Program-made: the position numbers and the translations under genes | Notes under the pieces: generated by a model | Seen by the model: only the letters and a program-made list of their open reading frames with translations | Database searches by the model: none | What the model was told of the DNA's origin: nothing | In this document: piece by piece, positions 1-14,075 of the stretch | How the letters are laid out: each line of letters starts with the position of its first letter | Position numbering within the stretch: position 1 is the first letter of the stretch | Assembly: GCA_965235115.1 (NCBI GenBank) | Contig: OZ249436.1 | Location: 40,116,001-40,180,000, forward strand | DNA: 64,000 bases | Direction: 5' to 3' | Origin: Laetmonice hystrix | Taxonomy: Eukaryota

Positions 1-2624
1 TCGTACGGGCCGCCCTGAAGTCTATTATCACAACAGGAAAATACACGCGTAGCCTATAGGCGTTTACGGGTCTGTAGCCACGCCTATATGTCCGATATTT
101 TTGGAAATTGGATTTGGGATAACCATGCAAAACTAAACTAAACTAAAAGGCAGCAGGTAACAGAACCAAATGCTTACTTTTAACTTTTTATTTCGTCAGT
201 ATTATGACAAAAGATTTCCTCTGATAGGCCTACTTTGCTACATTGTGTGCACCGGTTAGGATGTTTGCGTGAATAGAGGTTACACGTAAGGCATCATGGC
301 CTTACGCGTAAGGCCATGAATAGGCCTATACATCATGCACAGTGAGATACATCTCCGTGTACTGTAACTCTATAATTCCACACCAGACAATTTCCCCGAC
401 CCCCCCCCCCCCCCCCATAATGGACTTATCGTCTTGGTGGCCCATAAAGGGGGAACATTTCAAGCAGAACGGGATCCTGAGCAACCACGCTTCCTGGCAC
501 AGACGATAAGTATCTGTCTCTTCCCGCCTGCAGCTCCTCAGCCTGTGACGGCGCCGTGTGTCTAAATATAGAACATGGCTCAGTAATCATCTTCCCGTCT
601 CAATGGCTGAATAACAAGGGCAAGGCCATCGAAATGAAGGCGCCATGAAATGAATGAGTCGACACGATACATACATCAACCTGTTTCTCCTCTGAGTAAG
701 ATGAACATCTTTAAATCTATTATTCCATGACTCAAATAATAATACAGCACATCTATAGACTTATGAAAGAATGAGTAGACTGATCTAGGCATAATAGTGT
801 TATCAAACTCACCCATGAATCTGACCCCTCTAAAAGCAACAGTATGATCGAGATATCGTTAAGACCTGATCATGTCCTGGAATTTCATGAATTAATACCA
901 GTAATATACATATTCTGGGCATTTAAACCAAAAGGACTAAATATGTCCAAGTTTCTGAAGTATATTGGAGTAGCACACTATTTTCGTAGTGACTAAAGCA
1001 AAATAATATATTAATAAAAACGTGCCAATTCTTACTAACTCAGCGGACTAACTGAACACAAACTGGAGATTTTATTCCAATACTATAATGAAGCATCTGA
1101 AGAGCATCTCCCATAACCCAACCCTCAAAATGCCCCCGAGGGTATCATGAGTCAAGCTTCCTCACTAGATCCTCCAGGTATAGTGATATTTAATAACGAC
1201 AAAAAAAATCATCGGTGTCAGGACGTTCCATGACTCTTCCATGACTTTTGGTAGTTTTTCAAAGTTCCATGACTTTTCCATTACTTTCCAGAGAATTATA
1301 TTGTCCAGGTTTTCTAGGCCCTTTGGGAACGTCGGTACTTAAAAGCAGGTCCGTAAATGGTATTCGGCAGAGGTGTAACTATAAAAATAAATGAATGAAA
1401 AAAAAGTTTCCTTTGTATTCCTTGAGAGGACAGAGTTATTCCGTTTTACAAGCATGCGAATAGTGTGAAATGGCTGAAAGGCATATTGCATTTAGCTGTT
1501 AACCGTTTACACTGTGAAACTGTTATATCGATAGCACGACTGTTATGGGGCCGTCCGACACCTGTAGACCTACACCTAAATAGTATAACAGAATTCAGGA
1601 TTTAAATCATGTACTGTATACACCGACGCTGGCCATGCACTGACGCAGTCCATTGTTGGTATATATAACACAAGTTGCCATACAGCCAAGTTTAGGTTGA
1701 ACGAGTGAAAGTAACCTTTGTGTCCCCTAGTCTACAACTGGTCTACGGCCTCCATTTTATTACTGAACATGGGACTCCGGCTTAAGTTGAGTATCAATTA
1801 TTATATAGGCTCAGCTATTTCTCGCAGTCTGAGATGGAGTTCCATCAATGTCCTCCTTCTAGATATGCTAGGCATCTATTATTCACTGGCGAACCTCCAG
1901 ACTTCGCCCCAAGGCCCTCGTCAGACAGTGCCACCGTTCTAGGATTTGTTAAACCTAATAGTATTAATCTGGCAACCTTTCAGCGAAGTTCCTTGCAATC
2001 ATTTGTTAGGTAGAAGTAGGTTGTTTCGAACTCTATGTGTCCTCCCTGCTTGCCTCGTAATGTCAGCCCAACCAGGCACTGGGCCAAACCTCTTCGTTAC
2101 GGCGGAAGAGTCCTATGGCAACCACCCATCGTTGAACTTGATTATAACTACTCCAAAACACGAACGTTGTGCACCGAATCTTTATGGGGGCAAACCCGCT
2201 GTCAATATCTCGGCAATCCACAGGCAAAAAAACGCTCTCAATATATTGGCACTCATAGACAGGCATAACTAATGTCCCTTTGAATAGAAATACATTTTGC
2301 ATTTAAAATTTTTACCTTGTTTTTTTTTTATCTCGGTGGCATAGACTGCTCCTAGGTTAATTGCTGACACTTTACGTCATTATTTAATTTGTAAAACACG
2401 AAGGTAGTGATTTTCTCTTTGCAAGGGTTCAGTGGGTACCGACCAATAGCCTGTTAAAATGCTAAGAAACAATCACAATTATTTACTAGGGATTTTAAAT
2501 TCAGCCAATTTTCCCAATACGAGCGCGAGAACCGTTTACCAAGGCATTTCGCCGCCAGCTTGCCGCGGACCGTTTCACTCACTTGAGAATGTCTGGGTTG
2601 CTAGTCTGCAATCATTGGAAATAA

Positions 2625-2847
2625 AGGCCTAGACACACATGGACGTCAAGCGGCAAGCGTCGAACGGCAAGCGTCATTTTGAAAATGACGCTCTGAATGC
2701 TCAGTATGGAAGCGTTGTTTTTTGACGCGCCGCCCATATGTGAACGGTGTGATAGAAATTAACCATACTGAACATTCAGAGCGTCATTTTCAAAACGACG
2801 CTTGACGCTCGACGCTTGCCTCTTGACGCCTATGTGTGTCTAGGCCT
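2625..2847. mobile_element. PIF/Harbinger-like MITE
   Basis: TIR aggcctagacacacat / atgtgtgtctaggcct, long internal inverted arms, TAA/TTA flanks. Confidence 0.8.
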
Positions 2848-3721
2848 TTACATTTTGTATGCAGCGCATGCCACGACCCCCAGTAGCCACCATATTTCCC
2901 CATTTCGAAAAAGCACGAACGGTGGGCCTATACTTGTCTCATAAGACAAGACGTGACAGCTTAGCTCTACTGTCATGTAAGCAGTTCGCATTGAGCATAC
3001 ATGTGTGCTCCAGATGGATGTACCAACAAACTAACCGTTAGCAAACAGCTAGCCCTGAGACCATGACGTCCAAGAATTATGTACTCCTTATGCTGACCAC
3101 AATTACACAACTGCTACTGCAGAGTCAGATCACAGCGACATTATCTTTCGCGTGAGACACAATACCCACTTGGTTTTATACTTGAATCTGTTGAAGGGAT
3201 ATATCCGAGAATGATTCTTTAATGGGATGACTATGGTTTATAATCCAGGTCTGGCAACCCAAAAATCTGCATTCATTGACAGCATAAAATTCCTACATGT
3301 TTGCGCTACTAAGAAAGACTGATTCAGAGTGGGGTCGTGCCAGAATTCAAATATTGGAGTTCACGTAACATGACCACAACTTGTGGTTATATAGTGTTTG
3401 TTTGGTTAAACGTGTTTGCGTACAGGGGTCCTTTGGTTTGGGAGGGGGGCCTTGGAAGGCTCCCCTCCATACAAAATGTTGATTTTTCAAGAGAGACTTA
3501 GGGAGGCTGCCATGATTTGCCCCCGGACATTTACCCCCTATAGGACTTTTGCTCCGAAGGGCTTTTGCCCCCGAGGACATTTCCCCTGGGCACTTTTGCC
3601 CCCTAAAACTTTTGCCTTCCCCCGTCTGTTTGGTGCATAACTCTTTAAAATACATTGTATATTCATATCCGCATGGGAGCTGTGCACAAAATCAGTAATG
3701 TGCAAGACAGGAGAACCTTGA

Positions 3722-4118
3722 AGAAAAAACATAACCTCAAACTACCAGTATCTACTGGGAAAAAACATAACCTCAAACTACCATTATCAACTGGAAAAAA
3801 ACATAACTTCAAACTACCAGTATCAACTGGGAAAAAAACATAACATCAAACTACCAGTATCAACTGGGAAAAACATAACCTCAAACTACCAGTATCTACT
3901 GGGAAAAAACATAACCTCAAACTACCATTATCAACTGGAAAAAAACATAACCTCAAACTACCAGTATCAACTGGAAAAAAGCATAACCTCAAACTACCAG
4001 TATCAACTGGGAAAAAAACATAACATCAAACTACCAGTATCAACTGGGAAAAACATAACCTCAAACTACCCGTATACTACCTGGGAAAAAACATAACCTT
4101 AAACTTTCAGTATCAACT
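3722..4118. repeat. ~36-bp minisatellite, ~11 copies
   Basis: Unit aaaaaacataacctcaaactaccagtatcaactggg. Confidence 0.95.
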
Positions 4119-4130
4119 ACTATTATTCAC

Positions 4131-4430
4131 CCACAGTGAGCAGTTCGGGCCACAGTGAGTAGTTTGGGCCACGGTGAACAGTTCGGGCCACGGTGAGCAG
4201 TTTGGGCCACGGTGAACAGTTCGGGCCACGGTCAGCAGTTTGGGCCGCGGTCAGCAGTTTGGGCCATGGTCAGCAGTTCGGGCCACGGTCAGCAGTTTGG
4301 GCCAGGGTCAGCCGTTTTGGTCACGGTCAGCAGTTTGGGCCACGGTCAGCAGTTCGGGCCACGGTCAGCAGTTTGGGCCACGTCAGCAGTCTGGGCCACT
4401 GTCAGCAGTTTGGGCCACGGTCAGCAGTTT
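4131..4430. repeat. 19-bp minisatellite, ~15 copies
   Basis: Unit gggccacggtcagcagttt. Confidence 0.95.
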
Positions 4431-6866
4431 TCCTGTGCAAAAGTCCAGGAGCCAAAAGTCCTTGGGGAAGTCCAGCGAGCAAAAGTCTTTCCCCCTATTA
4501 TTCCAGCGGTATACATAATGTGATATACATGTACTAATTTCGAATAAGAGAAGAAACTATCGATATATTCTCCATTGATAGTATAATTATATGCATGCAT
4601 TTCACTGCGTACGGTTACACGAATCATTCTTATACCGTTTGTAGTCATAATGTTCATGACTCCGGAGTAGCCTGATACGGGCGGTCAAAAAACAGGTCTG
4701 GCAAACAGCTTGGGGAGCGCGATGGTCGAAACGTCATTCCTAACCAGGCGGCTCCTAAAAAGGGTGATTTAATACCATGCCACACAAGTGAGATGACCTT
4801 CAGCTTCTAAATGGCTGAGTTGCTCTATTCAAAGTAACAAGACTTTTTTTGCCTGATGGATACCTGTTGTTTGGTACATAGAATTTGTCACCATTACCTT
4901 CCTTGTTTCAAATGCCTTGTTCGAGAAGGTCTGATCATGGGAATAATGACATTGCACTGGTAACATTCTCAAGGTACCATGAAGTTTTCAAAAAGGATTT
5001 TCGTTTGTAAAATGGTCCGATTTGTTGTAACAGATTACAGGTAGTCGTTAGTGCTCGGTAGTTTATTAATCTACACATGGCGATCGCACAGTAATATATC
5101 GTATATCAATGACAGTACTGCCATTGATACCATTTTGTTCACATACTTTTGTTAGATGATATTTCACTCACAGTAAATATCCAATGTAAATACAAATGTA
5201 ATGCAAACAACATTTATTATCAATTACGACATTGGGACACCAGGGATTTTGTTGCATCCTGTTTCTCCACAATGAGAAACTTCCCTTATAAACACGATAC
5301 CTTGTACATGCATTATGGTTCGTCTTCTCGGTGATCATCCGATCATATATTGTGAGATTGAGGACCCCGTTTATCTGGGGACCACTTACACATGTTTGGG
5401 GTTCTCTAATGTCACACCTGTGAAGCAACTGACAACAATAATGTCTTTGCACAAAGAAACGCCAGCGGTCTCTCATTGTGCTGTCTGCAAGGCCAGCACA
5501 TCGTTGAGTAACACTGCATCGCCCAACTCCATTCCTGTCATGTGTCATTGGAAGAAAATACTTCATTATGTAAAAGGACTGCTATTTTTATCAGCATGGC
5601 ATCGTTGGCCTCAGAATAGAATGTAGACCAAAGAGTTGTTTAGTAGTTTACTTTGTCTGTTGTGAAAGTGGTCATATGTTGAAGAGAGAAAGTAGGCGTT
5701 GCAAATGGATCGTCTTTACCACGCGTAGCTAACTTAAAGGAGCACTGCAGACTTCAGCCTTTCTCTCACAGTTTTGGTTCTGACACACGAGAGACACTAA
5801 TAGGCACGACGGTCATCATAGTCATGATCAGCGAGATGCCCAAGAGATGAGCATACAGTTAGTTTGTTTTACAACACGTTTTTATTAGACCTTCCCAAAA
5901 CGTAAACCTGAATGCATTGAGTAACCCGACGGTGGGTCTCTATGTACAGACGTCCTTTAAAATTGAACAGTGCTTATTTTCGTATCATCGGCCACTTTTT
6001 TTGGCCTATTTTTGTTAGAACTGACTTCTAAGATGGGTTTATTGTCCCCTCCGGGGGGGGGGGGTGTATACCTGTGCTCGAGATCAGCTGTAGGACTACC
6101 GTTGTGTCATACTTTCTTGAGATGTGAAGACTTATAGCCTATATACCTTGCTAAACTAATTTAACCCCTAAGTTGGCTGAATAACTAACCTGCGAACAGT
6201 GCAAGGTAATAATAGATCATTTTTTCATCCCAACCGGAATGTGTTATTTTTAAAGTGGGCCCCGCCTCAACACAATGGAACCGTCCATGAGGCGATGTCG
6301 CCGCGACGTTTGACCAAGGAGGTGTATCTAGCTGCGTGTTGTCCAGGTATGGCATGTAAATACCGCCATAACCACAGCCACATCCGTCAGGATCAATTCT
6401 CCACGATCAAATTAATACACAAATTAATGACACAACCGCTAGAATAAACCACGCGGCAGGCTGCTAGGCGTTATAATGCACCACCTTTGTGAACTCTTGA
6501 AATTCGTGAGCACTCTCATAAACAACTTCCTACGCGCTTGAAAGGTCTACAATTTCCGGACCAGAGGACGAACATGTCTGCGACAGACTTGGGCGTTACT
6601 TCCGTATGTGGGGGGTTTCCGTGTTGTGCCTTGCCTTCCACTGTCTTGTACCGACCGTCCTGTGTACATATATCGACGTGCGTCATGTCCAGACATCGTG
6701 TCCTTGAGGGGGGAAAATGAGGCCACAGGGAAAAAAAAGTTGGAACCAAAAATCAAATATGTATAACCTAAAAGCCTGTCCGCGAGCGTGTGTCTTTTTC
6801 TTTAGAACCCATGGTAACAACCCCATGAAGTTTCGGGTAAAAATATATCACTATTTCTACCCGCAA

Positions 6867-7340
6867 ACCTATAGCCCTATAGCCCCTAACTTTTGTCTCA
6901 AGACCTCCTAGAAAAAAAACATACCCCTATATGTACCTAACCCTATAGCTCCCAACTTTTGTCCCAAGATCTCCCAGAAAACAATATCCCTGTCCCTATC
7001 TGTACCTAACCCTATAGCCCCTAACCTTTGTCCCAAGACCTCCCAAAAAACATACACCATCCCTATTTGTACCCTAACCCTATAACCCCTAACCTGTGTC
7101 CCAAGACCTCCCTAAAACATACCCCTATCCCTATCTGTACCTAACCATATAGCCCCTAACCTTTGTCCCAAGACCTCCCTAAAACACAATGTACCTAACC
7201 CTATAGCCCCTAACTTTTGTCCCAAGACCTCCCCAAAAACATACCCCTCTCCCTATATGTACCTAACCCTATAGCCCCTAACCTTTGTCCCAAGACCTCC
7301 CCCAAAACATACCCCCCTCCCTATCTGTGCCCTAACCCCT
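6867..7340. repeat. ~60-67-bp minisatellite, ~7 copies
   Basis: Unit cctaaccctatagcccctaacttttgtcccaagacctccc...catacccct.ccctatctgta. Confidence 0.9.
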
Positions 7341-7856
7341 TCGTGTGAATGATACCATGATAGAACAACCCACCAGACGAAACGGTCTCAGTGCTAACTG
7401 GATTTGTTTGGCGATCATACAGATCACGAGGAGCAGGAGCTGCATTTCTATCAGCCCTACCGGAGCCTGAATCCACAGAGGTGTAAAAAAAAACTGGTAC
7501 AAGGGTGAAATCTATTTATGGACTTTCTAATATTTCCGTAGGACTGGGTTATATATAGTATAAAAACTATTACCCCTTTACATACGCACGATATTTACTC
7601 GTAACAATAGTATAAATCATATGTATACACCCATGCGGGGAAAAAAGCAAAAACAAACAGAAAGCCATTAAGGGTTAAGAATATCACTCGGATTAGAGAA
7701 ATTTAGAGAATTTAGGTCAGACAAAATGGGAGATGGCTTGAAAGAAGATCTCTAAGATAACTGAAAAGCTGCAAGAATAATTTTATACCCCTTATTATGT
7801 ACATGTATGCCCTATATCTACATCATTATCACTGACACAGACCTCATAAATTGATT

Positions 7857-7934
7857 TTTGTTGTTGTTGTTGTTGCTGTTGTTGTTGTTGTTGCTGTTGT
7901 TGTTGTTGCTGCTGCTGCTGCTCCTGCTGTTGTT
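7857..7934. repeat. (TGT)n/(TGC)n microsatellite
   Basis: Direct reading. Confidence 0.95.
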
Positions 7935-8333
7935 ATAATTATGCAAACCAAGGGAACCTTCCGTATGCATGCATGGTTCAGAGACCATTGAGAGACTAAT
8001 GATAACATTCTATGTACCGATATCAAACGTTTACTACTGATCGCCATTAGGGAACATCTGTACATGCAACGTCACAGCTGGCAATCATCCTGGAACCATG
8101 CCGAATTTTATATCTTAATATTCTCTCACAAAACCACCACTCTCCATATATTAGAGAACTTAATTATGCAGTGTATAGACACGATTAAAACAGAGATAAT
8201 CTGTACCACGCCCTAGAATCAATCGATGACAGTTTCGTTGGTATCAGTCCAGTTATAGCCGGTGTAACAGATGTCAAAGTTTGTATATTATACGATGTTT
8301 ATGGAAACAAGAACGCCTTGGCCCTAATGGCTT

Positions 8334-8512
8334 TGTAACAACCCACTTTGAACAAATTACAAAATTACAAAATTTTCAAAGTGCGTTGAGGTGGACCAAA
8401 AGTTTAACGCACTTTGAAAAAAAATTTCTAAGTGCGTTGAGTTGGTTCCAAATGTTAACGCGCTTTGAAAAGTTTTTCAAAGTGCGTAATTTTTTCAAAG
8501 TGGGTTGTTACA
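8334..8512. mobile_element. MITE with TGT...ACA ends and 6-bp TSD
   Basis: TIR tgtaacaacccactttgaa / ttcaaagtgggttgttaca; TGGCTT duplicated at 8328-8333 and 8513-8518. Confidence 0.85.
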
Positions 8513-8820
8513 TGGCTTGCTCCCCACCATGACGCTGCGTTGGAGCTCCGTTGACTCAACGTTATGACGTAGTATCAACCCCGTCTCAACGCAAGATGCT
8601 TCCTGCAGTCCGGATACCTGTAGTAACATTACCGAAGTAGATTCCGCATAGTTTAGTGACTTCTCTCAGGGAAACGGGGGAAAATAATTTGTGAGGTTAT
8701 TTTTTTTAAGTTTTATCAAAACCTCTCATGTGAGTGAGGTACCAAAACATAAAAACAATATTAATCAATTGCGGATAATTTGCCAAGTTGTTTGGCAGCC
8801 AACCCGTCGAGCGATTTTAA

Positions 8821-9098
8821 AAGCCGGCCTCACACGGTGCGATATTCTCTCCGATACGATACGGTACGATGTCCTGTCGTGTCTTGGAGAATCACACGAT
8901 GCATACCCTCACACACTGCGATTTGTCTGAGATATTTAACGATGTTGTGTTGGGTTTTTTTTGGCCGGGTTTTGACGGGCTTCTTCGCTTCAGGAGGTTG
9001 TTGTGTGTGTACCGGCGGAACTCGCCAACGCGCATGCGCTGGAAAACGAGTGACCTCCGATACGACACAATTCATTATACACGCGTGTGAGGCCATCT
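8821..9098. mobile_element. PIF/Harbinger-like MITE
   Basis: Ends ggcctcacacg / cgtgtgaggcc with TAA flanks. Confidence 0.6.
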
Positions 9099-9812
9099 TA
9101 AGTTGTAAATCGCGCATCCTGCATTCTACCCCTTGAGATCAGCCCAGTCTAAAGTGCCGAAGGTTGACCTTGAGGTCAACCATGAATATTAATATAGGAC
9201 CTGGCATCGGCGTCATAGACTAAACGGTCTTCTCCGGAAGGATTCTCGCGAAAATGCCCCATACAGCCATAGCATAGATCTATTCTAAGCTTTTGCCTTG
9301 CCCCGTTCGCTGATACACAAATGTGTCCCTCCCTGACAATACAGTTTGTAGCACTCTGACTTGATAAGTGGTTTAACACGCGAAATTCCAAATTTTATCT
9401 CCCCTGATTTCAGCATCGTCGCTTCGCTTCGGCTGGTATCTGAACACCGGCCTGTACGGCCCGGTGACGCCGGCGCTGGCTGTCGGTCTCTGCCGTGCCC
9501 GTGAGTTAAGGTTAAGGGGCGGGATATGAATATAGTATAGTGTGTGTTCTTGCAGCCCTGTCAACTCAAAGTTGTTCCTCCCACTGTCAGGATTTAATGC
9601 TTACCCGTTGCTGTCGGCTTCGCCATTGCTTCGACAACAATAACTTTACTGAGGACGTCCCTATTGGCTAACCAAAAATGCAAGTTAATTATTATGAATT
9701 GCGCCTCAGGCAGTGCTGTAATCTGATTGGTGCTTGCGGTGCTGTAAGCAGGCTGCGAGGAGAATTATTAGGTCAAAAGCAGATGGCGCTGCGATCTTGC
9801 GACCCCTGTGAA

Positions 9813-10045
9813 GGGTGGTGGATGGATACTTGGGGTTTTACGCCTTGCAACAGCCAGGGTCATATCACGGCGGTAAAAATGATGATGAAAGTCAGTTTTT
9901 CTTGGTGGGGGAAACCGGAATACCCGGAGAAAACCACCGGCCTTCGGGAAGGAACTACCTGACAAACCTTTCACACATGTAGCCCAGGCCAGAGATAGAA
10001 TTCTCCGGTGAAAAAGGCCCGAGTGCTGAAGGATGGTGTGAGGCG
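9813..10045 (-). mobile_element. Second copy of the V-like SINE
   Basis: Reverse complement closely matches 28285-28459. Confidence 0.85.
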
Positions 10046-11343
10046 GGCTTTCGACCCACACATCTCATGTTAATTCCCTAACCCATGCACATACTGCTGC
10101 GTTGATATTAATAGCTTATATTATATGTTATATTCTTCGAGCAAACCGGAGGATACAGTTGTTATTTCAATATTCCCTCCAACTATTTTAAAACCCCCAA
10201 ACCTTTTTCGTGTCGAAACCTGCTCTACCGGTTAACTGGTCAGAATGTAACTAAACTTGATAGCTGAAAAATGGTTTATTTGCTTATCATTCACATCGAC
10301 TTCGCTTCTTTAAACCGTGCTGATCCATGTCAAACGAAATACGGTGAGCTGAGTTCTTCCCTGCGGCACCAGACCGGGTCTACAAAGTGTAAAGGGAACA
10401 AAAATAGTCTATAACAAATGAAAGTGCTGCGCCAAGGACGTGCATGCATTAAACTAAGGACGTTTACCATGCATGCGCAGTGTAATGTATTAAAATGGAA
10501 ATAGCCACCGGAACTTACATTTCAATAAAGCACAGAATAATAGGAAGTTTTGTAAATCACAGGGGCTACTCGACCTCTCATTTGATAGTGCGAATGGCCT
10601 GCAAGCTAATTTGCTCTGAGCGAGGTAAAAGACACACCGTGCTAGGCGGACCGACTCTTTTGCTTTACACCGCTGGTCGCTAAAGTTATCAAAAGTGCAC
10701 ACGTGCAAAACAAGCATCGTGATGAACTGACATACACGCATGACATTGATGCCGTTTTTGTATTTCTAATATCAGATTTGGTCATCGTGCAATACTAATT
10801 CGTTCTAAACATGAACATTCCTTCGAGGTCATGCTCCCGAAAGTGCGCCCTGAAGTATTTTAAGGGATTCAATTATTTTCAACTAACAGTGTGTATCAAG
10901 AAAGTCCCTTGATACCGAATCGTGACTTTTAAATTATGCTAGATATACAACAGCTCGACTGGGATAACCCTCGTTCCACAGATACTAATTAACCTATGTA
11001 TCATTATTTCGCCTTCGTTCTTCCCCCGTCTTTGATTTTAAAACTGAAAGCCTGATGGCGCTCGAGGCCTCGATATGTAGGTCACACAATTGAATGGACA
11101 AGTGGCGACGGTCTATACCATCTATGTCTGTACCCACTGTGTGTGGTTGAATTTGGCAACGGGCAAGAATCAGTCAGTCTTGACGGATGTCACTTGCCTG
11201 ACATGCAACCCTGTGACATGCTCATGACATGCACGGTCACATGAGGTTATCATCTACAGCTGTATACTCCTGCACGGTACTTGATCCAGAAGAGTGTTAC
11301 AGACGTACTGATATGACATGAGCCCGTCAGTTCTGATCAGTTA

Positions 11344-11540
11344 TGCCGCTTTCACATGCACACGGTTTGCGGTGTGCGGTTTGCGGCGTGCGTTTTTGCA
11401 AAAATGGAACAACTGAAAATAGATATAACCGTTCACATGTCTCCGGTTTGCGGCGTGCGGCGATTTACATTGGCTACATTATTAACAAAAACGCACGCCG
11501 CATGCCGCACGCCGCACACCGTATGCATGTGAAAGCGGCT
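11344..11540. mobile_element. PIF/Harbinger-like MITE
   Basis: TIR gccgctttcacatgca / tgcatgtgaaagcggc, internal tgcgg repeats, TTA/TAA flanks. Confidence 0.8.
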
Positions 11541-11649
11541 TAACACTGCATTTTGTCAGCGTTTAAAAAGTCATTCTATCGGCTGTGATTTACGAGTATG
11601 ATTTTATTCGAGGACATACCTTGGACTTTATTTCCACTATGTAGGGGCA

Positions 11650-11840
11650 TCAGACGTATCCTAGTTCACTTTCAGAATGTACGGAAAGAGAAAATTGTAT
11701 AGGGCCCAAAGCGCGAAACTGGGGGGGGGGGGCGTTCGAACGAACCACCCACCACCGCCCATGGGGCCCTTCTGGAATCAAACCCCGCCCCAAAATTACT
11801 GCACCCATTCGCATAGCATTAAAAGTATCAACGCCATGTT
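11650..11840 (-). mobile_element. Second tRNA-derived SINE family copy
   Basis: Reverse complement shares atgctatgcgaatgggtgcag...ttccag...ttttctctttccg.acattct with 15050-15180. Confidence 0.6.
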
Positions 11841-12036
11841 CACTTGGTATCTTGGTAACTGAATGGCACTGACAGATAGAATGCACATATAATAATAGTT
11901 TTTATCCGTGATCACGTGACAGGGAACTGACCAATTAGGACAAAGAAAATGCGGCAGCCATAAATAAGATTCTCTTCCGCGATCAAGCTACAATAAATAT
12001 AAGGTCTTGGTAGCCTACGTCAGACGGTCTTATAAC

Positions 12037-14075
12037 AAACTAGACACGTTGTGGCGATACCACAATTGATCCCATCCCCGGGGAGTCACGTGATATATGA
12101 CTTCCTATTCCTGTTCAATAGTAACCATGGCTCAATCTTTCACCGTTTACGAGTTGGAGGCTTAAGAAAATAATGTTAACACCATTATAATCTCATACGT
12201 CATGATCCTGCTTTCATGCAGGCTCAGATCCAGTACCGCAAGAAAGGAGGGGCACCAAAGGTGCAAGGCGAACATGGGCGCCGGGGGAGGGGGGGGGACT
12301 TGAATTTAGAAAGTCAAAGAACGTTATTTCTGGAGCTAGATGTGAAGTTTCTCAAAGTATTTCAGGCGCATGTCGGTAGGGGTCTGGGGGTTGGACCCCC
12401 TCTCCTGCTCCCCCAGAGCATAGACTCATGTTTCCTTAGATTCAGCGGAACACCATCGAACGAACAGGTGCAAAGCATTCCACCCATTTTAAACTGGTTG
12501 AGTGATGAATACACAAAATATAATGCACTAAAAGGGTCCATAAAAGGCTTCTAATTTAAAAAAAAACATTTCCGCGACCACCCTGCTGAAAATCCTAGAT
12601 ACGTGGCTGTATTTAGACCTAGCCTAACAATAATGTCAATTCTTCAAAAAGAAAGAGTGGAGATCCACCCCTGACATGTATTCAGCTTTCCTAGGTAAGA
12701 TTAGAAAACAAATGCATTAGACAGTTACACCTGCAGTTCAAAGGCACAGCTAATACATTTATGTTAGTTCTGAATACACAATCACATTCCTCCAACCCCA
12801 GCCTGACTGTGAGGGAGGGGAGTGGTCACAACTGACGGGCCAGCCAGGCGGCCCTTATCACCAGCCCTTACGTAACCCTCTGCCGACCCTGGCGCTGGCT
12901 TCACAGCGGGTGATTAGTGTATTCTGAGATGCCATCTGTCAGAGTGTAAAAATATTATAGTGAAGACTATACCCATTAAAACTTACAATTCTGGCCATAT
13001 TACCTTTCCAAAACAAGAACTAAACAGTCAGTGGTATACCTGAATCTATACACTTTGTAATTCTTGTATTTGTATATGGCTATCTTAAACACGTTTCAAG
13101 GTAGAGCCTGTCAACGTCAGATTACGTTATTTCATCATAAATAAAAAAATATTGGTAAATTTATGAAAAGAAATATGCAAAGTGATCAACCGTCAATAGC
13201 AGCACATATCTAGTGACCAAATACATGATTCCTATATGACTGAAGCAGTTTTAGAAAAAAAGTCAAAATTGACAAACTTCAAAGTCACGTGGTTCGGCGA
13301 AAATAGGTCAAATCTCTGAGCTGTTAATTAACTTTTGTTAATCTCTTGTTAGACAGTCCTACTGCCAAACATTGTCAAATTTTACCAAAAAATGAAGGAG
13401 GAGTAGCGATTTAACCGATTTTTGACCAAGGACCCAGTTCTCCTTAAGGTCAAAGGTCAAAGGTCAAATTAAGTGTTAGATTGAGGCAACACCCTTGCCC
13501 GATTACAATGGCATGAAGGTTTTTGGAAATTCCTAATATGAGAATAGAAAATGGCCTCGACGTCCAAAACCACATTTCACGTCATGACGTCACGTCGCGT
13601 CACGTCATAACTCGTTGTCCTACCAGACCTTGTCATGGTCAAGATGTGTACCAAGTTTGGTTGAGATATCTTGAAAAATGACTGAGATAGACGTACTGTT
13701 TACTACTACTACTACTACAACTACATCGCCAAAAATAATAATACAGAAGACGAAACCACACAATTTCTAAATCCCATCCCAATGGCATGAAGGTTTTTGG
13801 AAATTCCTAATATGAGAATAGAAAATGGCCTCGACGTCCAAAACCACATTTCACGTCATGACGTCACGTCGCGTCACGTCATAACTCGTTGTCCTACCAG
13901 ACCTTGTCATGGTCAAGATGTGTACCAAGTTTGGTTGAGATATCTTGAAAAATGACTGAGATAGACGTACTGTTTACTACTACTACTACTACAACTACAT
14001 CGCCAAAAATAATAATACAGAAGACGAAACCACACAATTTCTAAATCCCATCCCCTCCGTAGGGGATGGGATAAT
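12037..14075. mobile_element. Helentron/HINE (DINE-1)-like non-autonomous element
   Basis: Left end has hairpin ttgtgg-cgata-ccacaa followed by atcccatcccc; right end has palindrome atcccatcccc-tccgta-ggggatgggat, preceded by a (TAC)n microsatellite; internal aaggtca repeats; A-rich flanks. Confidence 0.55.
13506..14053. repeat. Apparently exact 274-bp tandem duplication
   Basis: 13506-13779 is repeated at 13780-14053. Confidence 0.95.

Noticed and set aside
294..319. Perfect 26-bp palindrome tcatggccttacgcgtaaggccatga
   Set aside because: Isolated; most likely a remnant of a repeat-element terminus, with no evidence of function.
4193..4537. GHGQQFGPRSAVWA repeat ORFs
   Set aside because: The 19-bp repeat cycles through all frames; no splice or coding support.
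4780..5720. Possible decayed coding or transposase region with overlapping ORFs
   Set aside because: No recognisable motif in any frame.
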